Shown here one piece after another: positions 57,942 to 64,000 of a stretch of DNA of 64,000 bases. Position numbers and translations under genes: made by a program. The notes beneath the pieces were generated by a model. The model saw nothing but the letters and a program-made list of their open reading frames with translations. It was not told where the DNA came from and made no database searches. The stretch is from assembly GCA_963674965.2 (NCBI GenBank), contig CAXXFL010000001.1:1184001-1248000 (forward strand), read 5' to 3'. The DNA comes from a bacterium (GTDB taxonomy: Bacteria > RBG-13-61-14 > DATKZS01). How positions within the stretch are numbered: position 1 is the first letter of the stretch; the number at the start of each line of letters is the position of its first letter.

Positions 57942-59417
57942 ATGCGCCCCATCCAGCGGGTGATGCTGATATATCCGCCCGTTACTTTCGCTCCTCAGAG
58001 TATGAAGCAATGCCATCTTCCGCTTGGTCTTGCTTATCTCGCGGGCATGATCCGCGGAAAAGTCGAGCTCGAGGTACTTGACGCGGCGGCCGAGGGCTGG
58101 GAGCGCGAGGAGCCCGCCGGAGAGAAGCTTCTTCGCTACGGCCTTACCTTTCCCGAGATCGAGTCCCGGATTCGCGCCTTCAAGCCCGACATGGTGGGCA
58201 TGAGCTGCATCTTCTCGAGCCAGTTTAGAAACGTGGTCGAGATCGCCAGGATCGTCAAAAAAATCGATCCTTCCACGCTTACCATCACCGGCGGGACCCA
58301 TCCGACCTTTCTGCCCGAGTACTCGATGGCCCGGTGCCCCGAGCTCGACTTCATCGTTCGAGGGGAGGGAGAGTTCGCGCTCGACGAGTTGATCGATTCC
58401 TTGCGCAAGGGGGGAGACCCGGCCCATATAAAAGGGCTCGTTTATCGGGATGGGGACCGCGTTAAAATCAATCCCGACCGGGAGCCTTACCCGAACCTGG
58501 ACGATATTCCCTTTCCCGCCCGCGACCTGTTTCCCATTCAAAGATACTCCGACATAGGCGTGCCCATGGGGACCGTTTTCAGGCACAAGCCTTACATGAA
58601 CCTCATCACCTCGAGGGGATGCCCCTTCCACTGCACCTTTTGCTCTTCCACTAACTTCTGGGGCAACAACTACAGGACGCGCTCTCCCGAGAACGTGCTG
58701 GCGGAAATGGAAACCCTCTACCGGGACATGGGCGTGCGAGAGTTCAAGTTCTTCGACGACAACCTGACGACCAACCGGAAGAGGGCCATGGCCATCTTCC
58801 AGGGCATGATCGACCGTGGCCTCAAGGTTACCTGGAACACGCCCAACGGCATCCACGTGGTGACCCTCGACGAGGAGCTTCTTGACCTGATGAAAAGAAG
58901 CGGCTGTTTCGAGCTGACCCTGGCGGTCGAGAGCGGAAACGCCGACGTGTTACGGGACATAATCCGCAAGCCCACCAAGCTCCACCACGTTGAGGAGGCC
59001 TCGGCCTTGATTAAAAAGAAGGGCATCGCGACCAACGGCTTTTTCATCATCGGCTTCCCGGGCGAGACCAAGGACCAAATAAGAAACACCCTGGACTTCT
59101 CGCTCAAGATCGACCTCGACCGCATGTCGTTCTTCATCTACAACCCGCTTCCCGGCACGCAATTATTCGACGTCTGCGTTGAGAAGGGCTATATCACTCC
59201 CGACCAGATGGCCGAGGACGCGGACTACTTCGAGGGCCGCTTCGACACGCCCGAGTGGACCCGGTCCGAGCTTCACAAGCTGCGGCGGAACTGGTTCTGG
59301 AAATATAACGCGGGCCTTCTGTTCCGTTCTCCCGCCAGGTTCTTCAAGAACTATCTGCCCCTGGTGGCCCGGCCGCGGCAGACCTGGGAGATCGTCAAGC
59401 GGGTCGCGAGGACCTGA
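57942..59417 (+). CDS. B12-binding domain radical SAM protein (paralogue 3)
   Basis: PLGLAYLAG, PDMVGMS, GGTHPT, GEGE, TSRGCPFHCTFC, FDDN, AVESG, FIIGFPGET, PLPGT. Confidence 0.92.
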   Translation: MRPIQRVMLIYPPVTFAPQSMKQCHLPLGLAYLAGMIRGKVELEVLDAAAEGWEREEPAGEKLLRYGLTFPEIESRIRAFKPDMVGMSCIFSSQFRNVVEIARIVKKIDPSTLTITGGTHPTFLPEYSMARCPELDFIVRGEGEFALDELIDSLRKGGDPAHIKGLVYRDGDRVKINPDREPYPNLDDIPFPARDLFPIQRYSDIGVPMGTVFRHKPYMNLITSRGCPFHCTFCSSTNFWGNNYRTRSPENVLAEMETLYRDMGVREFKFFDDNLTTNRKRAMAIFQGMIDRGLKVTWNTPNGIHVVTLDEELLDLMKRSGCFELTLAVESGNADVLRDIIRKPTKLHHVEEASALIKKKGIATNGFFIIGFPGETKDQIRNTLDFSLKIDLDRMSFFIYNPLPGTQLFDVCVEKGYITPDQMAEDADYFEGRFDTPEWTRSELHKLRRNWFWKYNAGLLFRSPARFFKNYLPLVARPRQTWEIVKRVART

Positions 59418-60076
59418 TGGTATCGGGAGAGACGCGGAACCTGGAACGAATCGACTGGCCGGAGGTGGCGGGGAAGTTCTCGGGCCTGGTCCGGGACGAG
59501 ACGCGCTCGAAGTATTTTCCGGCCAACCCGCTCAGGCAACTCATCATCAGGAATTTTCTCCGGCGCCTGGGAGACGTTCTCGAGCCGGCCCGTTGGCGGG
59601 ACCTTCTGGACGTGGGCTGCGGCGAGGGCTTCGTGGATTATTATCTTGGACTTCGCTTCCCGGGAAGTATCATAACGGGTCTGGACGTTGACCCGTCGGC
59701 GCTCGAGGCGGCCAGGGGGATCAATCCCGGCTTTACCTATATCGAGCAAAAAGGCGAGCAACTGCCCTTCGAGGATAGATCGTTCGACGCGGTCATCTGC
59801 ATCGAGGTGCTCGAGCACCTTCTGGATTACGGGTCGGTCATGAAGGAGCTGCATAGGACGGCAAAGGAGGTCGTGGTAATCAGCGTGCCGGCTTTTCCAT
59901 TTTATCAACTCACCAATTTCATGATTGGCAAAAACCTTGGAAGGATGGGCGAGCATCCCGGCCACGTGACGCAGTTCGGTCCCTGGAAATTAAAAAGGGA
60001 GATGGAAAAGGTTTTCGGGGACTCTTCTCACGTGTCCTTTTCGTACCCGTGGCTTTTAGGAACGGCGGAAAAATAA
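59417..60076 (+). CDS. class I SAM-dependent methyltransferase
   Basis: LLDVGCGEG, GLD, LPFEDRSFDAVICIEVLEHL, ISVP, HPGHV; 1-nt overlap with upstream stop. Confidence 0.9.
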   Translation: MVSGETRNLERIDWPEVAGKFSGLVRDETRSKYFPANPLRQLIIRNFLRRLGDVLEPARWRDLLDVGCGEGFVDYYLGLRFPGSIITGLDVDPSALEAARGINPGFTYIEQKGEQLPFEDRSFDAVICIEVLEHLLDYGSVMKELHRTAKEVVVISVPAFPFYQLTNFMIGKNLGRMGEHPGHVTQFGPWKLKREMEKVFGDSSHVSFSYPWLLGTAEK

Positions 60077-60118
60077 CGGAAATCTTGCCCTTCGCCGGGA
60101 AGGGAAAAAAAGCTTGTA

Positions 60119-60145
60119 AAAGGGCGGCGGAGTTTGCCGCCCTTT
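60119..60145. terminator. bidirectional terminator between methyltransferase and spoVG
   Basis: AAAGGGCGGC-GGAGTTT-GCCGCCCTTT inverted repeat between convergent genes. Confidence 0.7.
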
Positions 60146-60165
60146 GCGAGCGATGAGGAAGTATA

Positions 60166-60456
60166 TTAGAGGTTTACCGCCTCCTTATGGCTGGGAAAAC
60201 CCTTTTCCAACTCCTCGTTATACTTGTCCAGGACCGTGGTTTCAATAAGCTGTCTTGTCTCCGGATTCAATGGATGGGCAACGTCCCGGAACATGCCGTT
60301 CTTTCCCTTTTTATTGGGCATGGCCACGAAAAGACCCTTGGTGCCGCGAATAACCTTAAGACCCCTGATCATAAAACAGTCGTCAATGGTGATATTTACG
60401 TAGGCTCTAAGCTTGTTCTCGTCAACCGGTACTACGGCCACGTCGGTGATCTTCAT
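60166..60456 (-). CDS. spoVG: SpoVG family nucleic-acid-binding regulator
   Basis: MKITDV, LRAYVNITIDDCF.I.GLKVI.G.KGLFVAMP, FRDVAHPLN; GGGAGG RBS. Confidence 0.95.
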   Translation of the reverse strand: MKITDVAVVPVDENKLRAYVNITIDDCFMIRGLKVIRGTKGLFVAMPNKKGKNGMFRDVAHPLNPETRQLIETTVLDKYNEELEKGFPSHKEAVNL

Positions 60457-60499
60457 GTCTAAGTCCTCCCTTGAAAGTGCTCAATCGAGTAAGCTATTA

Positions 60500-60682
60500 T
60501 TATTTACTTTCCCCTGACGGGGTAACTCCACAACTCCTGAGCGCGGTTTCGGCGGCTTCCCTCATTTCCTTGCGCCGTCCCATTGCTTCCTTTTGGATTT
60601 TTTCCTGACAACCAATGCAGATATATCCGAGCATCGGCTCCTTTTTACCGCACAGGATGCAGGTTCTGAACTTCTCTTCCAT
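60500..60682 (-). CDS. small CxxC-CxxC zinc-finger protein upstream of spoVG
   Basis: CILC..ICIGC followed by charged helix; GGGGGAG RBS; 43 nt from spoVG start. Confidence 0.65.
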   Translation of the reverse strand: MEEKFRTCILCGKKEPMLGYICIGCQEKIQKEAMGRRKEMREAAETALRSCGVTPSGESK

Positions 60683-60913
60683 TTAGGGTTACTCCCCCTT
60701 GCCCATCTGGTGTCCCTCGCGGCACATCATTGACGAATCTTGATATTAATCGCCCTCAGAAAAAATTTAAGCGGCTTTTGCCGGACCCGACTCACGAGGC
60801 GGGGAGGCAAAAGCCAGATAACCTTGAAAAATATTAATATTCCGTGCTTTAGTAACAATTATATTTATCGTTTTATCCATATTATTAATCCCACAACCCA
60901 TGCGGATTTAATT

Positions 60914-60929
60914 AGCACATAGCGTACCA
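60914..60929 (-). promoter_or_regulatory. sigma-54 (-24/-12) promoter
   Basis: minus strand TGGTACGCTATGTGCT: GG and GC spaced as in TGGCACG-N4-TTGC; within AT-rich 490-bp intergenic region. Confidence 0.65.
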
Positions 60930-61169
60930 AAATCAGGAGCTTAAATAGTCATTTTTTTTCAAATTGTAACTATCCATTTATTAACGAGTAAATATTACAT
61001 TTTTGGTACGGCATTAAAGACGCCTTATTCATTAATTAGTGCCACTATTCCAGAACAGTAGTGTCCGGGACCCAATGATGGACGTTTTTTGCGCACTATT
61101 TATAAAAGGACCCATATATTTGCGACCAGCCTAAGTAGAATGGACCAATCCAGGAAACCTTCTCGAGCG

Positions 61170-61820
61170 TTATTTCTTCCACAACCTGACCATGGACCGA
61201 GCGGCTTCTTCTGGATTGGAACTGGCTGAAATAGAAGATATTACGGCGGCGCATGCACATCCTGTGCCTCTTATCTCCAATAAATTATCCGCCCCTATGC
61301 CCCCTATGGCGACAACGGGGATACTTACCGATTTAACTACATGAATTAAATTGTCTATTCCCTGAGGAATGGAGACGTTGTTTTTGGTCGAGGTCGTATA
61401 CATGGAGCCAAATCCGACATAATCAGCATCATCAAATTCTGCTTTTTTTGCTTCCTCAACGGAATGAGTGGATATTCCTAAAAGGAATGAATTGCCCGAT
61501 ATTGATCGAGCGCGGGAGGCGGGCAGGTCGTCCTGACCAAGATGTGCGCCGTGAGCGCCCGAAGCCAGGGCAACATCCAGACGGTCGTTGACAATAAATG
61601 CCGCGCCCCTTTTGTCACAAAGAGTTGCCATTTCGCGAGCGAGATTTACCATCTCACCCGCCGGCAGTTTTTTGGCCCGCAACTGCACAACCGTCACGCC
61701 CGCCTCGAGCGTCTGGCGCAAAAGCTTTAAAGGCTCTTTGCCCGCCCCCACCTCGGGATCGATAATGGCGTAAACTCCCCTAACTTTTTTTCGGCAAAAC
61801 TCACGCCTATCGATGGCCAT
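61170..61820 (-). CDS. thiE: thiamine-phosphate synthase
   Basis: GVTVVQLRAK, FIVNDRLDVA, GAHLGQDD, GISTHS, ADYVGFG..Y.TSTK, PVVAIGGI. Confidence 0.95.
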   Translation of the reverse strand: MAIDRREFCRKKVRGVYAIIDPEVGAGKEPLKLLRQTLEAGVTVVQLRAKKLPAGEMVNLAREMATLCDKRGAAFIVNDRLDVALASGAHGAHLGQDDLPASRARSISGNSFLLGISTHSVEEAKKAEFDDADYVGFGSMYTTSTKNNVSIPQGIDNLIHVVKSVSIPVVAIGGIGADNLLEIRGTGCACAAVISSISASSNPEEAARSMVRLWKK

Positions 61821-61949
61821 TTTGTCCTCTCCCCTTTTCGTCCGATTTACTCTCGATAATTTCTTCCCAAGTCGCCGCGCGGTAGAGGGCGTCGTGTCCC
61901 ATGGCTTTCAATGCCCTGATTCTTTTCACCGGCCTCATTCTAGCCTCGA

Positions 61950-62011
61950 TGGGGGAAACGGCGCTCCAAATGGCGTAAACGGGTATTTCTCACTGGTCCT
62001 CTCGAACCCCC
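61950..62011 (-). ncRNA. degenerate TPP-riboswitch-like element upstream of thiE
   Basis: minus strand GGGG-GTTC-GAGA-GGAC-CAG-TGAGAAATACCCGT; 3' half only loosely resembles canonical ACCTGAT..TAATGCCAGCG. Confidence 0.35.
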
Positions 62012-62143
62012 TTTCCCTTAATAGCTCGGGAAAACCAGCCATCGAGAAGGCTATGGACATGGTGTAAGAATTGGAAAGGGACGCCCTTAATTATTATGGA
62101 CGCATCCATGGCCAATACGGCCAAGGCGGGCCCTTTTTCCAAT

Positions 62144-63664
62144 TCAGGCCCCGGCCGACCCCAGCTTCTGGGCGATCGCCTCCGCAACCCTTACCGAGAT
62201 GGCCCAGATGGTCTCCTGGGGATTAACTCCAAGGGACGTGGGGAACACGCTTCCGTCGGCGATATACAGATTCTGGACGTCGTGGAACTCTCCCGTCGGG
62301 CCCACCACGCTCTTCTTGGGATTTACGCCCATCCTGCACGTGCCCTGGGGATGGAAGGCCATAAGTATCCAGTCGGAAGGCTTGGTCTTCTCGCGAGATA
62401 TGCGGTCCAGGTCGGACATGCTCAGGACCTCGGGCACGGCGAAGTTGCCGTTGATGACCTTCCTGGCGCCGGCCGAAAAAAGCACCCGGTCGCAGATAAT
62501 CATGGCCTTGTAAAGGGTCTCGGCGTCCTCGTCCCTGAGATGGAAAGACATGGCCGGCTCGCCGTCGCCGTCGGCCCTGACCCTTCCCTGTCCTTTCTCG
62601 CTGATCATGATCCCGAGGCTGGCCATATGGCGGTATTGCTTGCACACGTCCCACAGGTCGGGCCCAATGCCTGCCAGTCCCGGCAGCTGGGAGGCAGGTC
62701 CCGTAAAGGTCGCCTCCATCATTATGCCCTGCTCGACGTAGTCGTCGATGTACATGTTCTGGCATACCCCGAGGTGGGAGTTGATCTCCTCCTCGAATAT
62801 GCCGATGGTGCGGGCGCACAGGTGGAGCTTGAGACCTTTTCCCACTTTGCCGCTTTTATTTCCAATCTTGTTTTTTAGCAAAAAGGCCGGAGTGCAAAGC
62901 GACCCCATGGATAGGACCACCACCTTGGCCGAAACGTCAACGTTGAACCGGTACTTGCCCGAGCGACGGTCGATAACCATGCCGTGAACGCCCGTCACCC
63001 CGTCCTTTTCTCCCGTCAGTATCTGGGCCTTCACGTCGCAGTAAAACTTGGCGCCAAGCTTGTCGGCGTCGGGGATGATCTTGACCACCATCGATTCCTT
63101 GGCCCCCTCGGTGCAGCCGTAGGCGCAGTTGCCGCAGCCGCGGCACTTGTCGTTCACGTTTCTCTTGAGGGGACGGGGATGGAGGCCCAGCTTGCGGGCG
63201 CCCTCGGAAATAATCTCGCCTCCGCGTCCCATTACCTCCGGCCTTACCTCCTGGACGCTCATGTCCTTCTCGACCTTGTCGTAATAGGGCGCCATGTCGG
63301 CCGGCCCGAAACCCTCGAGACCCATCTTGACCCATTCGTTCAACACCGAGTCGGGGGCCCTGAAGCAGGTACCCATGTTGACCGTGGTCGTGCCGCCCAG
63401 GCAGCGGCCGGTGGGCACTATGATCGAGGGAATGCCGGTGGTGGCGTCGAGACCCATGTTCCTGGTCATCTTGAAGAAGCCGTCCTTGACCTTGCCGGTG
63501 AAGTCCTCGGTGAAATAAGCCCCGCCCTCCTCGAGCACCACCACGGAAAGTCCCTTGCCGGCCAACTCCCGCGCCACCGTGGCCCCGCCGGCGCCGCTAC
63601 CTATTATACAAACGTCAACGTCCTCACGGACGGCCGAGTCGAGGTCTTTGCCTTCTATAATCAT
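62144..63664 (-). CDS. GMC family oxidoreductase
   Basis: IIGSGAGG, VLEEG, GRCLGGTT.VN, CRGCGNCAYGC..GAK, VGKGL.LH, HPQGTCRMG, NLYIADGSVFPTSLGVNPQETI. Confidence 0.93.
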   Translation of the reverse strand: MIIEGKDLDSAVREDVDVCIIGSGAGGATVARELAGKGLSVVVLEEGGAYFTEDFTGKVKDGFFKMTRNMGLDATTGIPSIIVPTGRCLGGTTTVNMGTCFRAPDSVLNEWVKMGLEGFGPADMAPYYDKVEKDMSVQEVRPEVMGRGGEIISEGARKLGLHPRPLKRNVNDKCRGCGNCAYGCTEGAKESMVVKIIPDADKLGAKFYCDVKAQILTGEKDGVTGVHGMVIDRRSGKYRFNVDVSAKVVVLSMGSLCTPAFLLKNKIGNKSGKVGKGLKLHLCARTIGIFEEEINSHLGVCQNMYIDDYVEQGIMMEATFTGPASQLPGLAGIGPDLWDVCKQYRHMASLGIMISEKGQGRVRADGDGEPAMSFHLRDEDAETLYKAMIICDRVLFSAGARKVINGNFAVPEVLSMSDLDRISREKTKPSDWILMAFHPQGTCRMGVNPKKSVVGPTGEFHDVQNLYIADGSVFPTSLGVNPQETIWAISVRVAEAIAQKLGSAGA

Positions 63665-63700
63665 TTTACTTCTCCCTTTCTAAGGTATCCGCCGGCGCGC

Positions 63701-64000
63701 CTACTTGGCGACCAGGCAGGAGTGGTGATCGTATCCGAGGGTCCTTTCCATCTCGGGCTCGGAAAAATAGGTCACGATAATCGAGCCCTTGAGGGAAACG
63801 ATGATCATCCGCTGCACGTAGTTGCTTCCGTTCTCAAAGGACTGGAGCACCTTGACCTGGTCCTCCCTGGGCAGCTTCGAGTACTGCTGCCGGTAGCCCA
63901 TGGCGAATGGAGCCACCTCGAGGGCCCGAAGAAGCCAGATCATGCCGGAGCGATAAAGAGAAGGCATGCCGCCCAGGTATTTTTCCATTTCCCGGATGAC
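63701..64000 (-). CDS. small helical partner of GMC oxidoreductase (gluconate 2-dehydrogenase subunit 3-like); 5'-truncated
   Basis: frame open to window edge; YSKL..EDQ..VL, LK....YF..PE....LGY pattern typical of genes preceding this GMC subfamily. Confidence 0.55.
   Translation of the reverse strand, partial: VIREMEKYLGGMPSLYRSGMIWLLRALEVAPFAMGYRQQYSKLPREDQVKVLQSFENGSNYVQRMIIVSLKGSIIVTYFSEPEMERTLGYDHHSCLVAK

Noticed and set aside
60771-60815. c-di-GMP-I riboswitch in the spoVG leader
   Set aside because: GGCAAA is present but the GAAA tetraloop/receptor and ACGCAAAGC elements are not

Overview
High-GC bacterial chromosomal segment whose gene content (spoVG, heteromeric RND pair, Cys-rich 4Fe-4S protein, pheA-hisC-tyrA-aroA-cmk-rpsA-sppA-ihfB superoperon) suggests a Desulfobacterota/deltaproteobacteria-like lineage (inference). 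About 50 CDSs; no rRNA, tRNA, CRISPR array, integrase or transposase was recognised. Housekeeping blocks: aromatic amino acid/cmk/rpsA/ihfB, tsaD, rsmA, mutM, folC, lysA, dapF, thiE. Most interesting: (i) a candidate lipid-tailoring cluster at 50.1-60.1 kb (acyl-CoA ligase, SDR, DUF3108-like protein, a tandem-GNAT resembling eukaryotic N-myristoyltransferase, three tandem B12-binding radical SAM paralogues, SAM methyltransferase); (ii) an envelope operon linking a heteromeric RND pump, a GT-C glycosyltransferase and a POTRA-less Omp85 barrel; (iii) an AT-richer ABC-ATPase + DUF4276/Toprim-like candidate defence pair next to a two-stop pseudogene; (iv) a cmk-rpsA in-frame fusion with an internal RBS; (v) a sigma-54 promoter driving a small Zn-finger gene plus spoVG; (vi) a decayed or variant TPP-riboswitch-like motif upstream of thiE; (vii) a nested palindromic REP-like element. 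All assignments are from motif recognition by eye; no database searches were run.
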